From NCBI GenBank assembly GCA_965216785.1, contig OZ244197.1, positions 2,976,001 to 3,040,000 on the forward strand: a DNA stretch of 64,000 nt, read 5' to 3'. This stretch comes from Thermodesulfobacteriota bacterium. GTDB taxonomy: Bacteria > Desulfobacterota_D > UBA1144 > Nemesobacterales > UBA2774. Positions 36,181-45,323 of the stretch are shown here, one piece after another (the stretch's first letter is position 1; every line of letters begins with the position of its first letter). The position numbers were made by a program, and so were the translations under genes. A model generated the notes under the pieces. That model saw nothing but the letters and a program-made list of their open reading frames with translations. It was not told where the DNA came from and searched no databases.

Positions 36181-36594
36181 ATGAAAATTGAAGGTATATC
36201 CACTCAACCTGACCCCTACGCACCATACCTGCTGTCGCAAGCTATAAAAGCAGGTCCGTTCGTGTTCGTCTCCGGACAAGCTGGTTATGATAGCAATTCA
36301 AAAATCGTGGAAGGTGGTTTCACTGCTCAAGGTGAGCAAGCATTCAAGAATTTAAATCGGGCTCTAGTGGCTTCTGGAAGCTCATTAGAAAACGTTTTGA
36401 AGGTCACGATATTCGTAACGGATATGAGCCACTTCAAAGATGTGGTCGATCTACGAAGAAAATATTTTTCAGAGCCCTATCCTGCGGACACAATAGTTGA
36501 GGTTAAAGCACTCTATTCCCAGGAAGTAATGATAGAAATAGAGGCCGTCGCGCTAATAAGCAGGAAAGATGAAAGTACCCCAGATTCTATATAG
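36181..36594 (+). CDS. RidA/YjgF/UK114-family protein
   Basis: SQAI.AG.FVFVSGQ, VLKVTIFVTDM, YPA.T.V.V..L...IEIEAVA. Confidence 0.9.
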   Translation: MKIEGISTQPDPYAPYLLSQAIKAGPFVFVSGQAGYDSNSKIVEGGFTAQGEQAFKNLNRALVASGSSLENVLKVTIFVTDMSHFKDVVDLRRKYFSEPYPADTIVEVKALYSQEVMIEIEAVALISRKDESTPDSI

Positions 36595-36631
36595 GGACAA
36601 GTATATGAAACTCAGGCTTATGGGGGTTTAA

Positions 36632-37768
36632 ATGAGGCATACGGTTAGTAGTAACGAGCACGAATACCTTAAATTATTCACTATCGCACAGATAATTAAT
36701 TATCTGAAAACCCATGATGAATTCGAAAATTTTAAGGATCTCTTACTCAGAGATAATACACCGCTCAAAGAAGAGATAGTACCGGAAAATAATTTTGAGG
36801 GAATCGTTGGTGCGAGCAAATTATTAAAAAAAGCTCTTAGTAAAGTTAATATGGTGGCGGATACGGATGCGACAGTTCTAATAAGGGGCGAAACGGGTAC
36901 AGGGAAGGAGCTCATAGCGCGCGCAATTCATAACAATAGCCCCAGGAGGGACCGGCCGTTGGTCAAGGTAAACTGTCCCGCCATACCCCAAGGACTCTTG
37001 GAGAGCGAGATGTTCGGGCATGAAAAGGGGGCGTTCACCGGTGCGCTCGCAAAGAAAATCGGCAAGTTTGAGCTTGCTGATGGTGGAACTATATTTCTGG
37101 ACGAGATGGGAGACCTGTCGCTTGATGCTCAGGCAAAGCTCCTCAGGGTGCTGCAGGAAATGGAGTTTGAGCGCGTGGGCGGTACAGAGACGATCAAAGT
37201 GGACGTGCGCGTAATTGCTGCTACAAACAGGGATTTGGAAGCTCAGGCGAAAGAGGAGAAATTTCGGAGAGACCTCTATTACCGTTTAAATGTGTTTCCC
37301 ATAGCTATTCCCCCCCTTTCGGAGCGTAGAGAAGATATACCTCTCCTTGCAATGTATTTCACACAGAAGTACGTGAATAGGTTGGGTAAAAACATAATGT
37401 CAATCAGCGATGACACCCTAAATAGGTTAAAGAGTTATTCATGGCCGGGAAATATCAGGGAGCTTGAAAACATAGTCGAAAGGGCAGTGATTCTCACGAC
37501 TGGCAAAGAGCTTGAGATAGGAAGGGAGCATTTCGGTACTTCTTCTGAAGCGGCAACCTCAAAGGAGGGCTCCCATGTAAAATTGGAAGATATAGAACGC
37601 AATCATATAATAAGTATATTGAATAAAACAAATTGGCAGATCCATGGGGAAAAGGGAGCTGCTAAAATACTAGGTATCAATGCCAATACGCTCAGGAGCC
37701 GTATGGCAAAGCTTGGTATAAAAAAGGTACTAAAAGTATCTGACCAAAAGCTCAAGTTTCCTTTATAA
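36632..37768 (+). CDS. Sigma54-dependent activator (FhlA/HyfR-like AAA+ and HTH) lacking an N-terminal sensor
   Basis: GETGTGKE, ESEMFGHEKGAFTGA, FLDEMG, WPGNIREL, GAAKILGIN..TLRSRM.KLGI; only ~55 aa precede the AAA+ domain. Confidence 0.9.
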   Translation: MRHTVSSNEHEYLKLFTIAQIINYLKTHDEFENFKDLLLRDNTPLKEEIVPENNFEGIVGASKLLKKALSKVNMVADTDATVLIRGETGTGKELIARAIHNNSPRRDRPLVKVNCPAIPQGLLESEMFGHEKGAFTGALAKKIGKFELADGGTIFLDEMGDLSLDAQAKLLRVLQEMEFERVGGTETIKVDVRVIAATNRDLEAQAKEEKFRRDLYYRLNVFPIAIPPLSERREDIPLLAMYFTQKYVNRLGKNIMSISDDTLNRLKSYSWPGNIRELENIVERAVILTTGKELEIGREHFGTSSEAATSKEGSHVKLEDIERNHIISILNKTNWQIHGEKGAAKILGINANTLRSRMAKLGIKKVLKVSDQKLKFPL

Positions 37769-38702
37769 ATTTATCTATTAGTTTTCCGATCTGCTCAGGC
37801 GCATCCTCATGGCAGTAGTGCCCAACTCCTTCGAGACGATGAATATGGCTGTTCGGAAAAGCTTCATTAAAGAGTGGAAGGAAGTACTTTGGCTGAAGGG
37901 TTTGGTCTGCCATACCCCAGATAGCCAAGGCAGGCTTGCGAGAAAGCTCTCTTATGGTAGGTGGATCACCCACCTCGAATCTGTGCGCACCCTCCGCAAA
38001 TCCCTTCGCCCAGCCGATTGCGCCCAGGCAATACTCCGGTACCCTGAACGGATCGCGATAAGCGCGTAACCAGGTATCTGTGATCACCTCATTGCGCTCG
38101 AATCCGTTTAGCTTCAGAGTGCTGAGAATGTTGTAATCGAGCTGCCCGAGAATCTGCTCTAAAGTACCGTCCTCATAAGCTTTTGCGATCCAGCTAAACC
38201 ATGGGGAGCTAGCCCCGTTTTTTTCAAGAGCGTCAACGAGACCCGGCTGACCAAGCGGTGTGGGTCCGTTGGTGCTGATGATCCGTTTAATGCGATCCGG
38301 GTGACGAATGGCTAAACCAATACCTGTCGGTCCGCCAAAGTCATGCATGACGAGCGTGATATCTCTTAAGTTGAGGTCTAGGACGAACCGCTCCAGGTTG
38401 TCGATGTGGTCCTGAAGTAGATAGCTCCTATCCTGGGGCGTATCGCTTTTTCCGAAGCCCATATGGTCGGGTGTGATCACTCTATATCGCGGCGAAAGGT
38501 CATTGATGAGTTTCCTAAACAGGTATCCCCATGTCGGCTCACCGTGAAGAGCAAGAACAGTTTCACCATTACCCTCCTCCACGTAGTGCATCTGAAAGCC
38601 CGGCGCACTGGTGTAGCGGGCTTCGAAAGGCCACGTGCCGTCGAAGGTCTCCTCGGATGGTACAGACATTCTCTCAAGCAGTTTGTTTCTCATTTTTACC
38701 AT
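37752..38702 (-). CDS. Alpha/beta hydrolase, haloalkane dehalogenase-like
   Basis: MHYVEEG, LHGEPTWGYLFR, PDHMGFGKSD, nucleophile HDFGG, GHYCHED. Confidence 0.85.
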   Translation of the reverse strand: MVKMRNKLLERMSVPSEETFDGTWPFEARYTSAPGFQMHYVEEGNGETVLALHGEPTWGYLFRKLINDLSPRYRVITPDHMGFGKSDTPQDRSYLLQDHIDNLERFVLDLNLRDITLVMHDFGGPTGIGLAIRHPDRIKRIISTNGPTPLGQPGLVDALEKNGASSPWFSWIAKAYEDGTLEQILGQLDYNILSTLKLNGFERNEVITDTWLRAYRDPFRVPEYCLGAIGWAKGFAEGAHRFEVGDPPTIRELSRKPALAIWGMADQTLQPKYFLPLFNEAFPNSHIHRLEGVGHYCHEDAPEQIGKLIDKFIKET

Positions 38703-38853
38703 CTATCTATATTCAAACACCTGTTAATGCTTTAGTTAACCAGAATATGAAAAAGATTCCGGCTATAGATTTAAAATTAAATTTATACGGTGAACGGGAA
38801 TATCTAGTCCAGAATTGTTATTAAAATGGTCTGCATTCTATTAGATTAATAAA

Positions 38854-39267
38854 CTAAGCTTCTGGAACATTGTGGTCAAGCGCGCGTGATATTTGAGCCG
38901 TGTCCGCATACTGACGCATCCGCGTCAGTTTACCGTGTGAAACGTCCCATAAATGAGCAAAAGCTGAGGGCATATCCTCCCCCGTTAACTTAGATGGCGT
39001 GTGATAAGTACCAATCGATATTACCAAATTATTACCCGCATCTATATACTCATGTATTTCGAGCGTAAAGGGGTCAAGAAGTGCCCAGACTTTTGAGAAA
39101 AAATCGTTAATTGCGGAATCCAATCCCGAATATGTACCACCATAAGGCCAACCTTTCATCATTACAAGCTCGATGTTTTGATCTAAAACAGTTGGCAGTT
39201 GACTCGGCACACCACTCATTAAGATTTCATAAAATTTCTTTACTGTTTCTATGTTGTCGGAAGACAT
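38854..39267 (-). CDS. SnoaL/NTF2-like protein
   Basis: N.ETVKKFYE, PYGGTY.G, FAHLW.V..GKL..M.QYADT. Confidence 0.85.
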   Translation of the reverse strand: MSSDNIETVKKFYEILMSGVPSQLPTVLDQNIELVMMKGWPYGGTYSGLDSAINDFFSKVWALLDPFTLEIHEYIDAGNNLVISIGTYHTPSKLTGEDMPSAFAHLWDVSHGKLTRMRQYADTAQISRALDHNVPEA

Positions 39268-39578
39268 GTTGTATCCCTCCTAATACTTACCCATATCACA
39301 ACATTAAAATTTGATCAAGATTTTTTGTCTGTCTCAAATAAGACTTCCTAGAGAAATCAATATGGTAGGCTTTGAATACTGACTTTACTTAATTTCGATT
39401 GACTGTAGTACGGCACATTTTTTAATTAGCTCAACTTTGACCAATATATACTTTCCGAATCATAGAAAAGAACGGCTACAAAATTCCTTTATTTTGATTA
39501 CAATGTCAGTATGATGTGCTCTATTTTAAGTTGCTTTGATTTTTGACAATTTACTTCTTGTATCTAAGTTTAATTCTA

Positions 39579-40385
39579 CTAATGAAGGGGTAGCTTTTTC
39601 TTGTATTGTTTCTTGAATACGTCTTTATTCTGATCGAGCGCAAATGAAGCAGTGATAAGAGAGCCGCTTTTTTGAGAAGCTTGAACTACTATTACGCCTA
39701 ACGAAAGGCCGCTTATTACCCTGTTTCTCTGAGGGAAATTTTGTCCCAGCGGACCCGTCCCAAGAGGAAATTCCGATATCACCGCGCCGTTTTGGGATAT
39801 CTTATCGTAAAGCTTATCATTCTCAGGCGGATATATTACATCAATGCCGGAGCCGAGCACTGCGATCGTTCTTCCCCCGCGCTCAATCGCTTCCTCTTGA
39901 GCTATCGAGTCTATACCGCGCGCCATGCCGCTAACTATTGTAATCCCCCTTGCGGCAAGCTCCCCCGAAAGTTTCTGGGTCACAGTTCTCCCGTAACGGT
40001 CAGGAATTCTCGAACCAACAATCGCTACCGAAAGGGAATCTTCGGGCAATATCTCACCTTTCACATAAAGGATTAGAGGGGGATTGTAAATATTAAACAG
40101 GCTCTCTGGGTAGGCGGGTTCATTCAGCGTGAGTACATTGAGCCCGAGCTTTTCAATAGCTTTTATCTCCTCTTCAACAAGGATCCAATCGGAGAAGGCA
40201 CAGATAGACTCTATGATATTCTCAGAGCCCCTTTCGAATATCCTTTTTATTCGTCCAAGCTCGCTCCTGCTTGCTTTAAACAGCTTCTCCGGACTCTCGA
40301 ACTCATCCAGAAGCTTTTTAGCAGACACATACCCTACGCCTTCCACCATGCTTAGAGCTATCCAGTACTTTAAGTTCTTATTCAT
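39579..40385 (-). pseudogene. dprA: DNA processing protein DprA, 5' fragment
   Basis: YP..L..I.NPP.ILYVKG, AIVGSR, VSGMARGIDS.A, TIAVLGSG.D..YP, FPQRNR.ISG, SGSLITA..ALDQNKDVF. Homology stops at 39615 and is followed by 11 unrelated codons. Confidence 0.95.
39615..39632. repeat. Right att-like direct repeat
   Basis: GAATACGTCTTTATTCTG; 14/18 identical to 21090-21107. Confidence 0.8.
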
Positions 40386-40449
40386 ATTTATACTTTTCGC
40401 GCGCGCATATTAAGCGCTGTACATAGAGAGTTATTTTGAAAATTTCCGC

Positions 40450-40758
40450 TTAATCTATTTTTTCTTCAAGGCTCTCCATTTTCCCAGACATTGTATAGGG
40501 CTTATCCACCCTTTCACTTATTCTAATCGTGGTGTTAATCCTCTCAACTCCCATTTTCTTTAGCTCATCATGACACTTTCTCACAAGCGGCGTAATATCG
40601 TCCCACTCGCACTCTATGTTTGTACCCATTGAGTGAGACTCATACTTTAGCCCGCTGTCCCTGATTACCCTCATAACCGAAGCCACATAAACGGAAAGCG
40701 AAGTCCCAACTCCAATCGGAATTACGCTAAGCTCAACTATCATACAATCCTCCGTCAA
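40450..40758 (-). CDS. MTH1187/YkoF-like thiamine-binding family protein
   Basis: SVIPIG.GTS.S.YVA, MGTNIE, ERI.T.I.I.ER.DK. Confidence 0.88.
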   Translation of the reverse strand: MTEDCMIVELSVIPIGVGTSLSVYVASVMRVIRDSGLKYESHSMGTNIECEWDDITPLVRKCHDELKKMGVERINTTIRISERVDKPYTMSGKMESLEEKID

Positions 40759-40891
40759 TAGTCGTTTAATATTTTTCCTAGAATATATATGATATTACAC
40801 AAGAATTTCCTATTTTGGCATACAACGGCGCTTGGGATAATATCTGTAAAGAAGATACGGCAACTAAATCTTAATAGGGGAGACTACAATT

Positions 40892-41305
40892 ATGAAGAGC
40901 CTGACCGAATATTTATGGTTTGAAACCGAGAAGAAAAGGGAGATCGTACACATAACCGAAACCATAAGGTCTATTGTAGACAAGAGCGGTGTTCTTGAGG
41001 GGTTAGCGCTCGTCTCCGCGATGCATAATACGGCGGCTGTTTATGTTAACGACCCGGATAGCGGACTGAAAGAAGACATATGGGAATGGCTTGAAGCCAT
41101 TGCCCCATATAAACCCGATTACCGGCATAGTCTAACGGATGATGATAACGGTGACGCCCACCTTAAAAACCTAATAATGCATAATCAAGTATTGGTGCCG
41201 ATTACAAACGGCGAGCTTGACCTAGGCACCTGGCAGAGAATCTTCTACGCCGAGTTTGACGGGCAAAGGAAAAAACAGGTCGTCGTCAAGGTGCTTGGAG
41301 AATAG
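40892..41305 (+). CDS. YjbQ/UPF0047 family protein
   Basis: MH.TA.VYVND, YRH.....DNGDAHLK, LDLGTWQ.IFY.EFDG.R. Confidence 0.9.
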   Translation: MKSLTEYLWFETEKKREIVHITETIRSIVDKSGVLEGLALVSAMHNTAAVYVNDPDSGLKEDIWEWLEAIAPYKPDYRHSLTDDDNGDAHLKNLIMHNQVLVPITNGELDLGTWQRIFYAEFDGQRKKQVVVKVLGE

Positions 41306-41367
41306 AAACCTATATACGGAACTCTATTTGTGAAGCCCGGGGTAGCTCGGCGCTACCTCTCACACAT

Positions 41368-42237
41368 CTAATCGCATGAAGCTTCCAGAGGCGTCTCATC
41401 AAAGACAGCCCACTTCGTACAAATTCCATGTACGTCAACTGATTCACATTGACAGACACAACTGTTTGAGCTTGGAACATTACCGCTGCCAAGAAGCTCG
41501 CACGCTAGTTGTTCAGGTGTCCCGGCCGGCGCTCCGACAGGTATATCCTCCTGAATACCGAGCTGACTGAGCGGGTTTGGCAACTCACATTCCAGTTCGG
41601 TTAAAGCCCCCGCGTTACATTTGGAACATTCCGCGACGCTGCACTGTCCTTCATAGGAGCCTGAAATTTGATATCCCTCCGGATTCTCAGATAAATTCTC
41701 ACAAATGGTCGAAAACGGGCAGGAACACATAATTTCGCTTCTGCGCAGCCGTTCGGGAAAACCCGGGAACGATCTACCTCTGGTACTTGTAAAGCAAAGA
41801 CCTCCGTCACATTGACCGTACGTACCGCGCGCCGGATGTCCCATGTTAATAAACTTACTTTTATTAGCTTCTCCCGGGCAGGTATAAAGAGCCAAATCAC
41901 CGTCGGGAAACGCTACCTCTTCTGGAAAGCTAAAGGTACTTGCCCTGTAGCCGTTTCTCCTGCCGTCTTGGTTCAGGGTGCAAATATTTTGATTATCACC
42001 GTAATCGTAGGGGACACTGATACTATCGCCCCTCAAAACATCGCATTTGCAGTAAGCCAGTTGATTTAAGCTGAAGCAATCGGCTGTAGCGCAAAGAGCG
42101 TAACTCTGGTTTTCAAGAATCAAAAAAGGACCGGCCGACTCGCATTTGTTAGGGTTAGCCGCCCATAAAACACTTGTGCTGATAAGTACTGCAAAGAAGG
42201 CAAAGGCAAATACTGACAATATATTCTCTGTTTTCAT
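41368..42237 (-). CDS. Secreted cysteine-rich hypothetical protein
   Basis: Signal peptide; 22 Cys in 289 aa. Confidence 0.75.
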   Translation of the reverse strand: MKTENILSVFAFAFFAVLISTSVLWAANPNKCESAGPFLILENQSYALCATADCFSLNQLAYCKCDVLRGDSISVPYDYGDNQNICTLNQDGRRNGYRASTFSFPEEVAFPDGDLALYTCPGEANKSKFINMGHPARGTYGQCDGGLCFTSTRGRSFPGFPERLRRSEIMCSCPFSTICENLSENPEGYQISGSYEGQCSVAECSKCNAGALTELECELPNPLSQLGIQEDIPVGAPAGTPEQLACELLGSGNVPSSNSCVCQCESVDVHGICTKWAVFDETPLEASCD

Positions 42238-42393
42238 CCTATCATCCCTTTCCTACAAAATTTATTATTTAAAAATTAGACCTTTCCGAGAGATAAGTCA
42301 AGAAAAACATTAGGACCACAGTTCTGCCTTTGATTTAGAATTCAATATGCTTCTTTTCTTTGTACAGCCCGCATAAGTTATAATAGATATGCG

Positions 42394-42840
42394 ATGGACA
42401 AAACAAGAGAAGATGAGCCCCGTGTGTTTATCGATAACAGGGGTAATTGGTTTCAGGACGGGATCGAGATAAAACACAGGCTCACGTACCTCTACAACAA
42501 TAAGCTTCTGGACAGAGACGAACAAGGAAGACTCTACATTGATGACGGGAGCTGCCGGATCTATGTCCGTGCGGAAGACACCCCCTTTGTGGTAAAGATG
42601 CTCAGGAAAGAAGGCGAGGATTACTACATTATTCTAAACGATGAAACGGAAGAGAAACTGGAGCTTGAGACACTTCGGATAAATGAGGAGAATATCCCCT
42701 ATACCAAGGTTAAGAACGGAAAATTCGACGCCCGCTTCACAAGGCCCGCCTATTACGAGCTGATGAAACACGCAGTACAGGAAGGAGAGGGATTCTACAT
42801 AGAATCCAAAGGGCAAAAGTACTATCTAGAACATAACTAG
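42394..42840 (+). CDS. DUF1285-like protein
   Basis: ID..G.WFQDG.EI, EDTPFVV, ARF.RPAYY.L. Confidence 0.7.
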   Translation: MDKTREDEPRVFIDNRGNWFQDGIEIKHRLTYLYNNKLLDRDEQGRLYIDDGSCRIYVRAEDTPFVVKMLRKEGEDYYIILNDETEEKLELETLRINEENIPYTKVKNGKFDARFTRPAYYELMKHAVQEGEGFYIESKGQKYYLEHN

Positions 42841-43997
42841 GCAGGGCTGAGCGAATCTAAAAACTTTTCAATAACCGCATTTGATAAAAGAGTTCCTTTA
42901 TCCGTCAGACGAACATTTCCGCCGTCGATCTCTATCAACCCGCCATTAATCAAATACCCGATTTTATACTCATCAGGGGCAACGCTGTAAGAATCTCTAA
43001 GAGATTTAAACTCAAGTCCGCTATTTAGCCTGAGACCCATTAGTACCGTATCTTCCAGGGCCTCGTGCTTCTCCAGCTCCTCAGTAAACCCTAAAGGCTT
43101 ATCGCCCGCCCTTACGGATTTCATGTAAAGACCCGGGTTTTTAATATTTCCGTATCTTTTTCCCCATCCCCTGCCCTCACTTTTCAGATGTGAGTGCGCC
43201 CCAGCCCCCACACCCAAATAGTCGTCTCCACGCCAGTAAAGCATGTTGTGGCGGCACTCATACCCCGGCTTTGAGTAATTAGAAATCTCGTACTGTTTGT
43301 AGCCGCTCCGCTCAAGAGTATCTGTAGTGAACGTTATAAATTCCGTAAGCTCACCCTCAGCAGGAAGAGTCATTTTCCCCCGCCTGAAGAGATTTCCGAA
43401 CTGAGTAGCTTCCTCGATCATCAGGCAATAGGCCGAGATATGGGTCGAATTAAACCTAAGCGCTTCTTCCAAATCGCTTTGCCATTCCTCAGGAGTCTCG
43501 TCCGTAGTGCCGTACATAAGGTCAACGTTGATATTCTCAAACCCCGCTTTCACCGCGTCCTCAAGTATTGAGCGGCTGTCATCAGGAGAATTAATCCTGC
43601 CAAGGAACTTTAACTTTCTTTCTGAAAACGACTGCACTCCGAAACTTACCCTGTTTACCCCAGCCTCCCTTAAGCCCCTGAGCTTTTCAAGATCAGCGGT
43701 CTTTGGGTTAATCTCGAGTGAAATCTCACAATCATTCTTTGGTGAAGTGTTATTTTTAATTTTCGATATGATTCTCTCAATATTTTGGGCTTCAAATAAA
43801 GAAGGCGTGCCGCCGCCGAAAAATATAGAGGTCAAGCGCGCTTTATCCAATATGCCCGCATGCATTTCGAGCTCGTATAACACAGATTCTGTGTAATCCT
43901 GCTCGGGAAAACTCTCCCCCACACCGTATGAGTTAAAATCACAGTAAGGGCACTTTTTCACGCAATAAGGGATATGAACGTATACTCCAAAGGCCAT
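42837..43997 (-). CDS. hemW: Radical SAM heme chaperone HemW (HemN-like)
   Basis: YVHIPYC..KCPYCDFNS, IFFGGGTPS, YEISNY, HN..YW...YLG.GAGAH; start placed at MAFGVY. Confidence 0.92.
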   Translation of the reverse strand: MAFGVYVHIPYCVKKCPYCDFNSYGVGESFPEQDYTESVLYELEMHAGILDKARLTSIFFGGGTPSLFEAQNIERIISKIKNNTSPKNDCEISLEINPKTADLEKLRGLREAGVNRVSFGVQSFSERKLKFLGRINSPDDSRSILEDAVKAGFENINVDLMYGTTDETPEEWQSDLEEALRFNSTHISAYCLMIEEATQFGNLFRRGKMTLPAEGELTEFITFTTDTLERSGYKQYEISNYSKPGYECRHNMLYWRGDDYLGVGAGAHSHLKSEGRGWGKRYGNIKNPGLYMKSVRAGDKPLGFTEELEKHEALEDTVLMGLRLNSGLEFKSLRDSYSVAPDEYKIGYLINGGLIEIDGGNVRLTDKGTLLSNAVIEKFLDSLSPA

Positions 43998-44069
43998 GCG
44001 GATAGTGTACGCCAATAGATAAATGTTGCAACGACTATGTTTTAGAGTCATATTTATTGACTTATAAAC

Positions 44070-45323
44070 ATGAAAGAATCTATGCAATCGCCCTTAACGC
44101 GTTTTATATGTATGTGCCTAATACTTATTCTTTCCGCACCTTTCGCGGAGGGAAACTCTGTTCTCACACTAGATGAGGCAATTCAGATCACTCTTGAGAA
44201 CAACCCGGGTATAGACGCCTCGGACGCGGGAATCGAAATAGAAAGAGCCGGAGTAAAGAGGGCGAAATCGGCCTACTACCCTGAGATCAGCACGAGGCTG
44301 ATAGTGCCCTTTATCGGACGAGAATCAGGATTCTTTCTAGATCAGCTGTTATACGATTTCGGGCGTACTTCAAACAAAGTTAAATCAAGCAAAGCCCGTC
44401 TAAGATCGTCTAAATACGACAGTGAGGTAACGAAAGAAGACCTCATTCTGGACACTCAAATTGCATATTACAACGTGCTGGCGAATACGCATTTAGCCCT
44501 GGCCGGAGAAAAAAAGGTCATTGAGCACGAGAAGCGTTTAGAGCAGTCCAAAGGGTTCCTCGAGGCAGGGCGAATCCCCCCGATAGACGTAACCAAAACA
44601 GAGGTTGATCTTGGGAACTCGAGGCTCGAAGCGATCTCGGCGTTAAATGAGCTTGAGATAGCAAAAGTGAACCTAATGACCATTATGGGTATCGAAGGTG
44701 AGTTTAATTATGAGCTCGAGGACTCGCTCGCGTATAAAAAAGAAATATTCGATCTTGACTCGGTAATAGATCAGGCCCTTCAGACCAGACCCGAGCTTAA
44801 GAGTCTCGAGGCGCAAGAGGATGCCATGAAAGCAAACCTACAAGCTAGCAAAAAAGAGTTTTATCCGGTCATATTCGGAAGAACCGCATACCGCTTTGAG
44901 GGTGAAGGGGCCGAGACACCGGGGTTTATAGCGGGTGTGGGGCTCAGGTTTCCCATCTTTGTAGGGTTTTCAAGGTTTGCCGACGTTGAAAGCGCCAGGG
45001 GAAGCCTCAAAAGGGTAAAAGCGCAAAAGGCGCAGGAAAAAGCAGCGATAATCTCAGAGATTAAAAAGCTTTACCTGGATCTCGAATTCTACGAAGAGAA
45101 TATAAAAGTTACAGAGAATACCAGAAAATCAGCTCTTGCCAGCCTTGATCTCGCAAGAGAAAGACACAGATTGAGAAGGGCCTCAGACGTCGAGCTCGCA
45201 GAGGCGGAATCCCTCTATGCATCTACAAAGGCTACATACATGCAGTCAATATATAATTATAATATAGCAGCCGCGCGTTTAAAGCGTGCCATAGGTGAAA
45301 ATGGATATAATCAAGAAAAATAA
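44070..45323 (+). CDS. TolC-family outer membrane efflux protein
   Basis: Signal peptide, LTLDEAI...LENNP, Q.LYDFG, RPELK, Y.YNIA.A.L.RAIG. Confidence 0.88.
   Translation: MKESMQSPLTRFICMCLILILSAPFAEGNSVLTLDEAIQITLENNPGIDASDAGIEIERAGVKRAKSAYYPEISTRLIVPFIGRESGFFLDQLLYDFGRTSNKVKSSKARLRSSKYDSEVTKEDLILDTQIAYYNVLANTHLALAGEKKVIEHEKRLEQSKGFLEAGRIPPIDVTKTEVDLGNSRLEAISALNELEIAKVNLMTIMGIEGEFNYELEDSLAYKKEIFDLDSVIDQALQTRPELKSLEAQEDAMKANLQASKKEFYPVIFGRTAYRFEGEGAETPGFIAGVGLRFPIFVGFSRFADVESARGSLKRVKAQKAQEKAAIISEIKKLYLDLEFYEENIKVTENTRKSALASLDLARERHRLRRASDVELAEAESLYASTKATYMQSIYNYNIAAARLKRAIGENGYNQEK

Larger units (their letters stand above)
21090..39620. mobile_element. ~18.5 kb genomic island inserted in dprA (no integrase recognised)
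   Basis: dprA halves on either side, GAATAC duplicated at 21090-21095 and 39615-39620, and accessory genes, pseudogenes and IS remnants inside. Confidence 0.88.

Noticed and set aside
21183-39558. TTTACTTCT 9-mer and TTGTATCT near both island ends as recombinase arm sites
   Set aside because: Short AT-rich words in AT-rich DNA; cannot be distinguished from chance without homologous elements.
21096-39614. Tn7/CAST-type or composite transposon explanation for the island
   Set aside because: No TGT...ACA termini, no terminal inverted repeats and no tns genes or flanking IS pair.
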